Positions 51,900 to 64,000 of a stretch of DNA of 64,000 nucleotides are shown in pieces; within the stretch, counting starts at the first letter, position 1, and each line of letters begins with the position of its first letter. Origin of the DNA: Cenococcum geophilum (taxonomy: Eukaryota); contig CP158635.1 of NCBI GenBank assembly GCA_050273025.1, positions 5,270,001 to 5,334,000 on the forward strand, given 5' to 3'. Under the pieces are notes generated by a model. That model ran no database searches, was not told the origin of the DNA, and saw only the letters and a program-made list of their open reading frames with translations. The position numbers and the translations under genes were made by a program.

Positions 51900-53516
51900 T
51901 TACCGCCCCTCTAGCCTCAGCCGATCCAGCGTCCTGCCCTCATCCCTTCGCGCAAGCAAGAACCACGCGCTCGAGACCCAGCACAGCGCAATCCCGACCC
52001 AGCTGTGCACAGGCATCTTGAAGTGGCTCAGCATGACAAGCTGGAATGCGCCACGGGGGATAGTCAAGAAGGTAGCCGTCAGCGGGCTCGTGGCCTTGAT
52101 GAGTAGCAGGGCTGATGTGAAGACGGCCCAGCTGCCGATGCCGCCGCACCACGTCAGGAGCCAGAAGAACGGCACATCGAGGAAGTAGCAGTTGTGGAAG
52201 ATATTGCCAACCTCGCCGGACGCGAGCAGGATCGGAGTCAAGATTAGGATAGATAGGAGCGAGGTGTAGTGCAGAGTTCGCCAGTAGGCACGCGTCTCTT
52301 CGCGGTTGCCGGCCGACTCATCGTTAGATGTAGATGGGTAACCAGTCAGGACATCGCCCTGTGGGACAAGGCCGGAGACCAAGGTGCGGTAGGTTCGAAG
52401 GAGGAGTATGGGGTATAGTGCTACGAAAACAGAGGAGAAAACGCCAGCGACAATGCTCTCCCAGGTGACACGGACACCTGGGCGAATGCTTGCAAGGAGA
52501 AGATTGAGGGTTGCGACAAGCGATGATGAAAGTGTAGAAACGGAGTGGTTTTCCCTCTGGAGATAGGACGATATGATCAGAGACAACGGAACGACGCCAA
52601 TCCTCGCAAGTTGATACATAGGTAGTACAGCATATCTATGATCCTCAGTTTTAGCAAGATCCAACCCAGTTCAAGAATCCTAGAGACAGCCTTACGCGAA
52701 TGAGAGATTGCTCAGCACAACTTTTCCGACATAAACTAATGCCAAGGGCAGAACTTGTCGAGCAACTTTGCTGTCGAATTCGAATATGCCTCCTCCCGCA
52801 ATTCCACCAGTGCCGTTAGAGAGCCATTTCCCAAACTGCAGTATAGGTATTCGATTCTTGCCAGCTGCTCTGAATCCCCCAGGTGGGCTGGCTGGTAGGG
52901 ACGGTGCGACCGCCGCTCCGAATCCAAGTCTGCGAAGAGGACGGGCAATGCCTCGCGTCAGACTAGCGGAGCCAAGAAGAAGTATGTGAGTGATTATAAG
53001 TTGTATGTATGTTGCGGCTAGTGGGTACAGAAATCTGTCATGGTCAACGCTGGAATCGAAGAGGGAAGGCGGTGCTCAGTGCGCACTTATACACTCCAGC
53101 TAAAAGCCCACGGTTAGCAGCGGCCTTAAACTAACTGAGAAGAGCGTGAAAGCCATACTCTGTAATATAAACCTGTTCATCAAGAGCAGACCAAACCCGC
53201 ACCCACCCACCCAGAATACCAATAAGCCCACGTACATTTGCCAGCCCATCCAGGTCCCAAAGAAGAAGTTTCCAAGTCCTCCACTCCTAAAAACCCTCTT
53301 CCATGTGCTCCCTCCACCCCCAATATCCGAGGACACCAGTGGCCGTATTGAAGATGCCGGCTCAAAGTCATCATCCTCATCTTCCGATTGTGCTGCGCTT
53401 CGGGATCGAGGATAGGGGGAAGGAGTCCGCGAGATGTCGATTAATGGAACGCCGGGTTGTAGTTCCGAAAAACTGTTTTTCGAGCTATGGCTGGCTCTCG
53501 AGGTAGGACCCTCCAT
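51900..53516 (-). CDS. Nucleotide-sugar transporter-like membrane protein (TPT/SLC35 family, GDP-fucose-transporter-like), 481 aa; exons 53516-53159, 53099-53087, 53034-52696, 52635-51900
   Basis: Three GT-AG introns join into a 1446-nt open frame. Multiple hydrophobic segments. Motifs KFLYPL..TYIQL, LSNLSFAY..LPMYQLAR and IKATSPLT resemble SLC35C/TPT proteins. Substrate cannot be determined from the sequence. Confidence 0.85.
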
Positions 53517-53791
53517 GTCTGCGGCGCGGTGTTCAACGTCGTCCAGATCGTCGAGCGGGCTCTCGCGGCGATGGAGGTTCACAGATGGATCAGGTCATAG
53601 GCTACGAGCTAACGTAAGGTATTGAAAAGCTGATTTAAAAGGATTGCCGGACTTTGTGAAAGGGCGCATGGGGTTCATTGGGGTTGATAAAACATCATGG
53701 TGGAATCAGAAAATATTGCGGACGGAGATTTGGACAGCCACGCGGCTGATGTGGCTTGGCGCGGGCAGAGTATACTGTATGCAAGTGCCTA

Positions 53792-54151
53792 CGGAGGTCG
53801 CTGTCATAAGTTCTTGCACCTTCCTAATTAGGAAATTAAGCGACTGCGCACGCGCAATCACGGGTGCGCAGCTATCAGCCTACCCCACGTAAATTTAGGC
53901 ACGATCCCGCTACAAATGCGTAATTTTTAGCACTGCTACATAAGCTGTAATACCGGCTGCGTAAATTACAGCACTAATAAATTTTAATAAATTTTAAGTT
54001 ATAATAACTACCTTAATACTATTAATCATACTATAGATTTAACTTAGAATTTATATAAAAATATAAAAATACTTTTTTAATAACATACTAAGAGAGTTAG
54101 TAACTTAACTTCCTAATTAGGAAGGTGCAAAACTTATGACAGAGACCTCCG
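53792..54151. mobile_element. Tc1/mariner-type MITE (360 bp)
   Basis: ~48-bp TIRs cggaggtc(g/t)ctgtcataagtt(c)ttgcaccttcctaattaggaa, flanked by TA at 53790-53791 and 54152-54153. Confidence 0.9.
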
Positions 54152-54473
54152 TAATACAAACACAAATGTACAAACTCATATTAATCACAAAATGAGACAA
54201 ATCGATTCAAGCAATTAAGAAACAAATTGCAATATTCATTGCAGCCGTCTAACGCAGCATTTCCTATACCGAAAAAAAAAACAATTAACACCAAAAATAT
54301 TATACAACTAAGGCTGGGAGTGCATCCACCTGCACAATGACATAGCTAACCGCAGTAATGCTCGCCGTCGTTCCCATACCATCCCGCCCATGAAACCATG
54401 ATTATAACATTAACAATAGAGATCGAAATGTCAGGGTATACATTAAACCAAGCTTCCGCATCTAGATAGTACT

Positions 54474-57422
54474 CTACACACCAGAGTCATGGACCTCGAT
54501 GCCGTTGGCTGTGGCATAGTCGTCCCAGGTAGAGCATGTGTTCTGAAGGGCACACGAATCGGCGACGGTACCAAGGATCTTGGACTTCTGCTCCACGATT
54601 TGCAGAGCGAAACCCATGGACGTATGCCAACCGACGTGGCAATGCATCAACCAGACACCCGGGTTGTCCGTCAGGAAAGCAAGCACAATGAAACCGGCTG
54701 CGGGAAGGAGTGCTGTATCACGGCGAGCAGGATTCTGCAGATTCAACGCAACGGTAGAATCGTAGGAACCAGCACCCGCAGCGAGGATATTGAAATCGTG
54801 ACCGTGAAGATGGATGGGATGTGGGACAGGAATGCCACTTTCGACAATGATGTAGACCCATTGTTTAGCTTCAGGTATATCAAGTATGAGGTTACCACTG
54901 TACGTTGGGGCAGTACCATTCTCAACGAGATGGAACAAAGTTGGATCACCATATTGAGACTCGAATGTAGTTCCCGACAGATACCACTTGAAGAGATTGG
55001 CGCTGTTTGGCGCAACAGTAACACCATAAGTGAACTCAGTGTCATCGTCGGCAGCATTGAGAGCAACAATAGGAACCAAGCTCTCAATGGGCTCATCGAC
55101 ACATCCACCAGTGTAGTTGTATCCAGTAGTTGTTGGGGTAGCTCCTGGACTACCAACGTAGCGAACAATACCCTTGATATCAAGAGCCTGGATGGTAGCA
55201 GCACAGGCATTCTGGTTATCAGAACGCATCCAGTAGTCTCCAATTGGCTGATCAGCTTTGACAATGACATTATAACGTTGACCTGAGCTCGTTAATAAAG
55301 ATTAATTTACTTTCATTAAATGATGCTTACCAATGTTAATGTTAAGAATCTTAGTCTCATAAGGAGTGATCGGGACAAAATCATTAGAAATGACAGTCAT
55401 ACTGTGTCCATCGATGTAGAACTTGTAAGTAGATTGGATAGCGGTGTTAACAATACGCAACAGATATGATTGGCCAGATATGAACTGAGTGTCGAGCACG
55501 AAGCGAGAACCAGTCGAGCTGGTACCATTGCCCCATGTATTTTGACCGTTAATAAGACCGTTGTCCATCTTACGAGGGCCACCGGCGACGGCATCTTGCG
55601 CGGCATCGTACATAGAGTCAACCGTAGCATGAGACCAATCCTGAAGTACGATCATACCAGCGTCAACATCATACGATTGACTGGTAGGACCGTGAATGAT
55701 CATGGGTCCCTGAACACCCATCCAAGCTTGAATGGCGAAATGGGAATGGTACCAGGAAGTTCCGTAGTTGGTGGCAACCCACGTATAGGTCATAGACTCT
55801 CCAGGCGCTATAGGGCACTGAGTGATTGACGGAACACCATCATATTCACTGGTAAGATTCTGGCGAATACCGTGGAAATGGATGCTGGTACCGTTATTTG
55901 TAAGCTTGTTGTTGACAGTCACAACAATAGTGTCACCCCAGTTAGCTTCGATGGCCGGACCAGGCATTTGGCCGTTGACAAGAAGTGCCACCCTCTCAAT
56001 ACCATCAGGCGAAATCGTAGTATTCGTGATATCGAAGGTATAGGTAACAGTTTTGCAAGTCTTGGGGACATTTTCATAGTAATCGGTATTGATATCAAAA
56101 CCACAGAAATTGTTGGGATCAACTCCAGGTTGGCCTTCACAAGGGATGCACAGGGCAGTAGATGTTGGCTTAGTTGTGCAAGAGAATACGCTTGTCGAGT
56201 TGGACGATGTAGTTGTGGTTGCGTTAACGGATGTAGTGCTCACAGAAGTAAAATTCGCACTGGATGTAATTGTTGACGACGAGGCGGATGTGGTCAAATT
56301 CGCACTGGATGTGATTGAGACGGAAGATGTACTTTCAGCACTTGAGCTAGCAGTGGAAGAGGCCGACGTAATGGTAGCAGACACGCTGGCAGATGAGCTG
56401 ACCGAGGTGCTGGTTAAAGATACTGAAGAACTCGAAACGCTGGCAGATGAGCTAACCGAGATGCTAGTTAGAGATACTGAGGAACTCGAAGCACTAGCAG
56501 AGCCGGAAACCTTGGTCGTCGTGCTGGAGACGGTACTCGAGGCTGTCGTGCAATTTGCGATGAGTATTGCGCCATGCACATTAGATACGGAGACAGCCTT
56601 TCCAACTGATTTCTTCAAGTAGCAGGGACCCTGTGGAGTACCTGCGACCCAAGAGACATCAACGCATCCAGGAGTCGCCGCACAGGAAGCCGCGCAAGCT
56701 TCAACGTTTGGAACGTAGAAGCCTCCACCGGGGAGATCACCACCAGCGTGGTCAGTAGAGCACTCAATGAGAAATGCTGCACCACACGAACTAGTATAGA
56801 CGGTGTTGTTGATTGAAGGACAAGTGGTTGATGTTGGGGTTGGTTGCGCATATGATGTGGCTGTGCCAGTCGTGACTGGGTAAACCCTGATAGCACCCCA
56901 AACATTACCGGCGGACACTGGTGAACCGACTTTCGATTTCAAATAACACGGGCCTTGGGGACTTCCTGGTACCCAGGAAACATCAACACATCCAGTTCTC
57001 GCTTCGCAGGCGGCAATACAGCCAGCTAAACCAGAGGTATAGACTGGATTACCGGACATATCTCCATTAACATGATCGAGAAAACACTCGACTTGGTAGG
57101 CATCTCCGCTTGTCGCCGTGAAAATTGTTCCGTTTGAAGATGGACATGAGAGAGCAGTTGCGGTAGCCGTTGGCGAGGCAGTAGAGCTGGATACGCCACG
57201 CTTTTGTTTGCTATCGCACCATCCGTTATCTTCCTGACAACCTGAACCGCAGTGCGCTTTCGTAGAACCGCAGGCGCCGCTGGAGCTGCAGCAGTCGCCA
57301 AATATCGAACCCCAGCACGACACTCCGTTGCCGCACTTTCCATCTTTGCTTGTGTCTTTTCCGGCAATTGCTGGCAGAGCGCCAGCAAGGCACAATGCGA
57401 GAGACCAGTTGACGACCCTCAT
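54474..57422 (-). CDS. Secreted modular laccase/multicopper oxidase (AA1), 966 aa; exons 57422-55331 and 55282-54474
   Basis: All four copper signatures are present: HFHG...DGVPSITQCPI, WYHSH, HPIHLHGH and HCHVGWHTSMGF (axial Phe). C-terminal DSGV is typical of ascomycete laccases. A 48-bp intron GTAAGC...CAG restores IGQRY. N-terminal signal peptide, 8-Cys hevein-like domain, two Cys-rich repeats and a Ser/Thr linker. Confidence 0.95.
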
Positions 57423-60264
57423 AATTAAGTTTCCCCTGATTTGCTTAGGGGCAGGAATAAATGACGAAAAGAGAATTAGATAGATCGGTATCTATAAATG
57501 AGGAACAATAATATAAAAAGTCGAACGAACGATGCTGAACGAATGAAGCTTCGTCGAACGAAAAGGAAAGCTATCCAAACCCGTCCAACTTGCACACTGA
57601 TGGAGGACTAGCAGATGTGGGAGCAGTTACGAGGTATATAAAGATCTCGGGCTCTAGCCCAGGAGCCGCTTGCTCGTGTGCTCTTGGCTTGATAGGGTTT
57701 AGGGCCCCCAATGCCAGGCCATCATCACATTGGGATGACATGTTGGAAGCTCGTGGCCCGAGGCGCTGCTTGGTCCTGAGCGGGTGGAGAATACAGCAGA
57801 TGCAGTAGGCAGAACGGCCAGACTTGCATGAGGCGTTTTCTTTTGGGTGTGCTGCCTTGAGGAGCAGAGCCAGGATTCGTCGATTCGACCAGTGGCATGG
57901 TTCCTGGGTGGAGGCGAAGCTCGGGTACGAATCTGGAAATTGGAAGGGATGAGGGTTGGAGTTGAGGTCAAGACGGCGATGTGCGCCATGCGCGTATCCA
58001 ACGCTTGGCGTGCATCTAGCCTGTGCGCTTGGCTTTTGCTGAGGGGTGTGCTGAGGCTAAGGTTTCCGCCGGGTCCCCGCCGGCATACTAATAAAGATTT
58101 ATGAAAAGAGGCGTCTTAGGCGCGCATCAGCCCTGAACAAATGACCGTCCTATTCCTTTAGAAGCTAACGCAGGAACTAGTTTGTTGTCAAGCCTCAACT
58201 TTGTCTTGACAATACTTTTCGTCGCCAAAGAATGTACACTCTGAGGGCAGATTTATGAGCGACAAGCTGTATGTAGTCAACTGGACGGCCATATAGCCAT
58301 ATCGTTTGTTTTCAGACTCTGCCAGACTGGCAGACTTGCTCAGATAATAGCGGCGAACTCCATCGGTCAATCAATAGCGTCACTACGCATTTGGCGTCAT
58401 CGCTCGAAATTTGACAGTTCTGATAGGCAATGAGGCTGAGACTCATCTTTCGCGATGTAATAACGATCTGCTCAAACATGCAGATGATCAGTTGCTGATT
58501 CAGTCAACGCCTCGTGGGCTGACTATAGGGGTAAGAAGTCGCAGTAAGGCGGGCTGGCGTGAACGAAGGATTGGGCGCCGTGGCGGTGATGCTGTATGGG
58601 GGTCGTGCTTTGACCGCTGAGATGAGCAAGCGTGGGTCCGCGATTTAGAGCCCGTTAGCCTGCTATCTTGATGACCATCAGGCCCACCGCCGTGCCGAAC
58701 TGGCCGCAGAAGGTTTTTTTTATATCAAATTCTCCCGAGTTCCGAGTCTCTTTGTTACGTGCTTTGTTTTCTTAGGAAACATCGGTGGTCATCATTTGAT
58801 TCACGCGGGTTCATCGGAAGTGCTTGTCCTATCTTTCACTTCTAGGAACGCCCAGCGGCCGCGAGAATGCCTCTGGCACCCATCCCGCGTCTTTTTATAG
58901 ATATCGTCTTCTGCCTTCATAAGCTTGGCGGGACACGGAATCCGAGCAGAGCCCACGCTGGTGTTCTTGGCCAAGCTACCAGTCTTGTATATACATCACC
59001 CAAGTCTTGAGAAACCGGATTGAGCAGAACAGTGTTCTTGGACACTTAGCATTTTTTTCTTGGAGGATAGATTTACGAGGTGATGAACCAAACAGCAGTT
59101 GTGCGGTGGAAACGTGTTCAGCCCGCCCTAATGCCATTGCGCATGCCATATCCGTATCTTTATCCCCTTAGCCTCGACTTTGCAATGAATTGCGAAAGGT
59201 CTTCAAGTGAACAACCAAGCGCTCCTCTACTCACGACTCTGTGCTTGGCCCAGTTCACTCCGACCCGCGTCGAAGGTTATCAGCTGAGCGCGAAAACGCA
59301 ATGCGGCCACCCAGGCAACGCAGCCACCCACCTGCATAAATGTATAGAGGCATGGCTTGGACCTTTCGAGCTCTGCACCTATCACTTAGTCCGTTCCCCT
59401 CGAGCACTGTGCCCGCCAACTATGTGCAGTTCGTTCCTATTGCAGGGTTTCTCTGCCATCGTGCATCTCGGTAGAACTGGCACCCTTGCGGCCTGGCTGA
59501 GAGCCACGCCCCTGCTCCGCTCCCACCTGGCGGAAATTTACAGTTTTTGTGTTCAACGGTCTATCAGCTGTGCATGACAACGGAAGCCATTTTCATCCAC
59601 AATAGATAACCAAGTCTCACACTGCCAACGCCATAACGTCTTCTGCTCCGCCAACTGTATCACCCAGTATAAGGCTGCGAGCCGCGAAGTGTGAGCTACG
59701 GGATGTGAGCTGCGGGATGTGAACTGGGCATATACCCTTGTTTCTTGGTCGCATGGAAACTCTCACCGCCGTAGATACCTTTCAGCGCACCCTCGCCGGC
59801 CGGGATAGACGTAATTCCCTTGACACAAGATTCCTTTCGTAGACAGCCTTGCTCTGTGTGGTCTAGGTGACTTCTCCACAAGGGGTGAGTTTTTGATCTG
59901 GTTGAGTTTAATTATCGATTTATTGATTTTCTCCAACGCGGCCAAATCGCGCGAGTGCGAGCTCATCCCGATATTCGGAGGACTTTTTCGACTTAGGTGG
60001 GCCTGGCGGGGAGAACCCTTGGTGCGCTCGCCTATTCGACCCGCAAAGGGGGGGCCAATCAGCCGCTGTGGCTCGATTTGGTTGCGCGCACTTGTTGTGC
60101 ACTTTGTGAACTGACACGACGTCAAGAGAAGCATAAAAATGTGGTTGTGACGCTCTGCCATCCAACCATGTGGTTCTTAATGAAATCCCGTTTTCGTGCG
60201 ACCGTGGATAAACTGAGATAAACTAGGTCCATGCAGGCATACCATCATCAAAATCCGACACCAT

Positions 60265-60300
<36 letters not shown>
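60265..60300. repeat. (CTA)12 microsatellite
   Basis: Perfect trinucleotide run. Confidence 0.95.
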
Positions 60301-61182
60301 TCACTAACATATCCACAAAACGAAGGGTTTTCCGGCAGCTTCACCATTGCATGCTCGACTGTCCACATGCTGATGTGGTTGGTGTCGAATACCAGAGGAC
60401 GGCGCCCCAATAGAAGCTGAGCTTGGGCCATATCCAATCTTATTTCCCAAGACCATTTCAACAAAATTTCCGCGCCCCAACTCTTTCCCGTTAAGCCTAG
60501 ATTCAGGGGCAAGAGAAGCTCAAAACGCGAGCGACCCGACCGCATCGAGGCCTCGAAGTCAAGCTTTGAACAAGACGGATAATCTGCCACGACGCCAATC
60601 AGGGGCACTAATCATTCAATTCAGGGGTTGCGATCTACTGGAAATTACTGCGAGTTTGGTAGAAGATGTGCTAGCCGTATTTACTGCTGGAACCTGTCCA
60701 TTTCAAGCCTCGACTCTCCACAACTTTCCTCTTTTGACGTCTATTCCAGGGAGAGGTAAATACCCGAAAACTAATCATCAGATCATCTCCACCCATCTCT
60801 CCTGCGTTTACCTCGTGGATGTGATAAGGTGACTGAGCCCGCCACGTTTTCGACACTGCAGCAGTTGTACACCAATCCACGTAAGCTCAAGCGCCTTTGC
60901 GATAGCCCCGAGCTCTGCGGAAATTGGGCCTCACAACCGATCAAAACTGGTGTCATTTGATGCTTCCAGTGTAAGCCATCAAACTTCCACAATATAACGT
61001 TAACGTAGATTCTGTGCCAGGTTCCGACACTCCGATTCTCCTATTATGTCTTTGTCGCCCCGATCACGATGAGTATGCTATTCATTTCTAAATCCATTTC
61101 CCGACTCTCAGTTTTCATCTTTGCCATGCCATTCTTGGGCAGGCAAGGAAATTGCTTGTTGTGCGATCTGTCAGAGCTCCAT

Positions 61183-61389
61183 TGTCCCCCCTGTGTGCGT
61201 GCGCAACACAGCAATTTCGCTAATCATCCAGCGTAGATACTGTGCGCTTGCCAAAAGAGATGTGCACCAGCAAGAAAGGTAAAGCCTTCAATTTTTTAAA
61301 CCTTAATTACAAGAGTTAAACTCGAAATCCCCTAGTGCGTACAAAGCGAAATTGCTGTGTGCGTTGCGCGCGTACCCAAGGAGGGACAC
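61183..61389. repeat. Imperfect inverted repeat, possibly a decayed MITE
   Basis: tgtccccc...gcgcaacacagcaatttcgct pairs with agcgaaattgctgtgt..gttgcgc...gagggaca. No clear TSD. Confidence 0.55.
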
Positions 61390-61406
61390 CTGTCAGTACT
61401 TTTGCA

Positions 61407-61735
61407 AGCAGGTCGTTGTCCAAAGTTTTTGCACCTTCCTAATTAAGATATTTAGCCTACCACCCGGTAGAATATTCGCATTTAAAAGCTTTAAATAAGA
61501 GGCGATTATTTAAGGTTGCGAGATCTGCGCGACCGCAGGTTCCTGCCACTAACTCTATGACGTCCTCTAGTTGAGCTGTAACATCTCGTAGCTGCCTTCT
61601 TCCTACTTTTTTAGTAATTGTTTATATAGACCCTAAATGCGAGTTCTAGGCCTTTAGTAATAAATTCTTAATATTCTACCGGTAAGCTAAACTTCCTAAT
61701 TAGGAAGGTGCAAAAACTTTAGACAGCGGCCTGCA
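61407..61735. mobile_element. Tc1/mariner-type MITE related to the one at 53792
   Basis: TIRs gcaggtcgttgtccaaagtttttgcaccttcctaatta / taattaggaaggtgcaaaaactttagacagcggcctgc. TA on the right flank, degraded on the left. Confidence 0.8.
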
Positions 61736-64000
61736 TAGACGAATGGCAGGTACAGTAGACCCCATGTGAATTGCTATGATCATTTCACCGATACTCATGA
61801 GCTTCTGTTATCTCTTAACCCGCCGACGTCCATCGAGTAAAGTGGAACACCAGAACGAGAAGTACGCGTATTGCCTATATTAATTTAATCAATACAATAC
61901 CATCAACCATGCATTCTAATCGTACTTCCAATGATATAGACCATAAATCAGGTCGCTAAAACCCCACCACCAGAGCCGTGGCCGCTGCTCGATTTTACAC
62001 CTCTTTAAGTTTCCGATTTTGACGACCATGGTGCACTAAATCTACCCCCGATCTTGATGGACAGTATTTGGCTATATTGTATGCCATATACCGTTCTACA
62101 GAGAGGACGATTGCCAGTCATCTTATATTAAGCGACTCAACTCTAAGAAATAGTCTATATAGACTGTTTTATATATGTCGATCTGAAGACCAAAAGATAA
62201 AAAGAATGATGACTCTGTCTCATTGCAAGAGGCCCTAGAGCCTCACTATATACACTAGATAGGTGGCAAATTACTGACGTCGACACTGACGCCGATTTGA
62301 AACTGTTACCTCATAGTCTCTTGATCGATATTGGGTAATAGGTAATAGAAAGGTAATAGAAATAGTATGAAGTCATAAGGTGGTAGGCAACTAGAACAGG
62401 AACAGGGTGATCATCAAACTCCGACCTGGATCGACAATATAATATGTAGTGGATCACCAGTCTCATATCCCTAAGCACAGCGATTTGATCCTATTAATCT
62501 AATTAGCTAAATCCTTATCGATAACAGATAGACGCAACTCGGTGGGTTAAGGGATAGTCCTTGCAGTCTACAGCAAGTCTACAGCACGAGGCCTTTGAAT
62601 AGAGTAAATGCATCTCATGTGGCTGGCTTTTGAACCCTGGCATCAAACAGGGCGAAATTCGTTCATGTGATTGGACACAAAGATCTGAGTGATCTTTTCA
62701 AGTAATCAGGGTTCCCGTTGTTTGGGGATTGCTGCACAGCCGGAGCTTTTCGTGTACGCTAGCCCCCAGACAGGGTTCACAGCGTGATAAGCCGTTTCAA
62801 AAGCATCTGCATGCGAGTTGGTGGCACACGTTAATTGTATTCGTATATGCTGTTGGGGAGGCGTCCCCGCATCACAAAAACCGTGCCGCCGAGACGGTGC
62901 CGAATGCTTCGCAGGGCAAATTAATCAACGAGGTTTCATATTGAATTGAATTGATTGCCAAGACTCAATCAATTCAACCAACTGAGAGTTCGCTGGCTTG
63001 GCAACTCAACCAATCTAAAGGCAGTAGGACGTTTGATATACCGATCCGATTGTATATTGGCAGGCCAGGGTAAAAGGGACTCTATATCCATGGCTCGCTC
63101 GCATGATTCTTAATTTAATAACTGTCGAACTGAATCGGACTTACTTATTACCGTCTTACTACTGTCTCAGTTACTTTAGCCTTACGGGCCTACTTCTTAC
63201 TGCTAATCGCACATAACTATAATCTAATATAATTAGAGCTTTGATGGCAGTAGGGTTATAGATAAGGAAGGCGTAATTAATATAGTAGATGGGCAGCTAA
63301 AGCGCCACAGAAGGAAGGAAAGGTATAAATGTGGCAGGAAGGTAAGTTAACACCATACCAAGACTCGCGATAATTGCTGACTCCATACTAGTTAAATTCA
63401 GTTGAAATAGTTGCGAAGATCTTAATATTAAGTCAACTAATTCATGCCATATGTACCAGTTAGACTACATAAGAGATATCATTAAATAGCTCTGATTTCA
63501 GCTTTGGTCCCTTTTCATTAATTCGATCACAATTCTGTATAGAAGCGGTATGCTATTGATATGGCCCTACACTGTAAACTTTTTACATACCGCATGTCTT
63601 CTAGTGTCCAAAGTTTTATTAATTATCTTAGATTCATTGCTTCATATCGTAGGTGTAGGTACACAAAACACGCAGTCTGACCCGAAAGAAGGTTTTGGAT
63701 CCGCGGACATCGCGTCCTGGCATGTTGTCCAAGCCCTCAATTTCTGGCCTGCGGCTCGAATTCTCTCCCGGACTGCCAGACAACGGAGTAAATATCCCCT
63801 TCCAGCCGTGGCAACTGCAGGCTTCATCCTTGAGTGACATTAAAACACTATATGAATACTTCTATATTATAGCGTCAGTTAAGCAAACTATGGGTACAAT
63901 GGTATGTATGCATGTTTTTACGAGAAAAGCCGTGGAGGCCTTTGGCATAGAGGTTCAACGGTATATTTCTATGAATTTGTATCATTCTACGAGACTCCTG

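Noticed and set aside
53517..53582. ORF-track start (MNLHRRES) for the transporter
   Set aside because: It is a GTG codon with an in-frame stop just upstream. The first ATG is at 53516.
54489..56905. Several plus-strand and off-frame ORFs (265, 177, 175, 134 aa and others)
   Set aside because: Shadow ORFs of the laccase coding sequence.
51900..57422. Transporter plus laccase as a biosynthetic gene cluster or Starship cargo
   Set aside because: Only two genes, with no backbone enzyme, tyrosine recombinase or element boundary visible.
60265..60300. (CTA)n as a possible LINE 3' tail
   Set aside because: No LINE-like upstream sequence or TSD is visible, so it is treated as a microsatellite.
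63550..63840. Overlapping short ORFs near the window end
   Set aside because: No recognisable protein. They could belong to a gene extending beyond the window, but this is unsupported here.

Overview
Filamentous ascomycete (Pezizomycotina-type) DNA in two compartments. Bases 1-~49.5 kb are an AT-rich block of RIP-mutated, deeply nested transposons, and most insertions can still be resolved by their target-site duplications (TSDs). Nest 1: a hAT transposon carries three Copia (GalEa-like) elements. The first Copia holds a chromodomain Gypsy in its 5' LTR (with a second Gypsy in that element's 3' LTR) and a SINE-like retroposon in its gag. Nest 2 is five levels deep: pogo/Fot1 > solo LTR > Mutator > non-autonomous LTR element > third Gypsy copy. 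Bases ~49.5-64 kb are GC-balanced, with two intact minus-strand genes and several MITEs. The genes are a nucleotide-sugar-transporter-like membrane protein (4 exons) and a 966-aa modular laccase (signal peptide, hevein/CBM18-like domain, two PAN/apple-like repeats, Ser/Thr linker, multicopper oxidase). Most notable findings: a spliced antisense Zn(II)2Cys6-like ORF present in all three Gypsy copies, an extended Gag with three Cys/His repeats, and the laccase domain architecture. All calls come from reading the sequence by hand; no searches were run. Internal ORF boundaries in the RIP-mutated elements are approximate.
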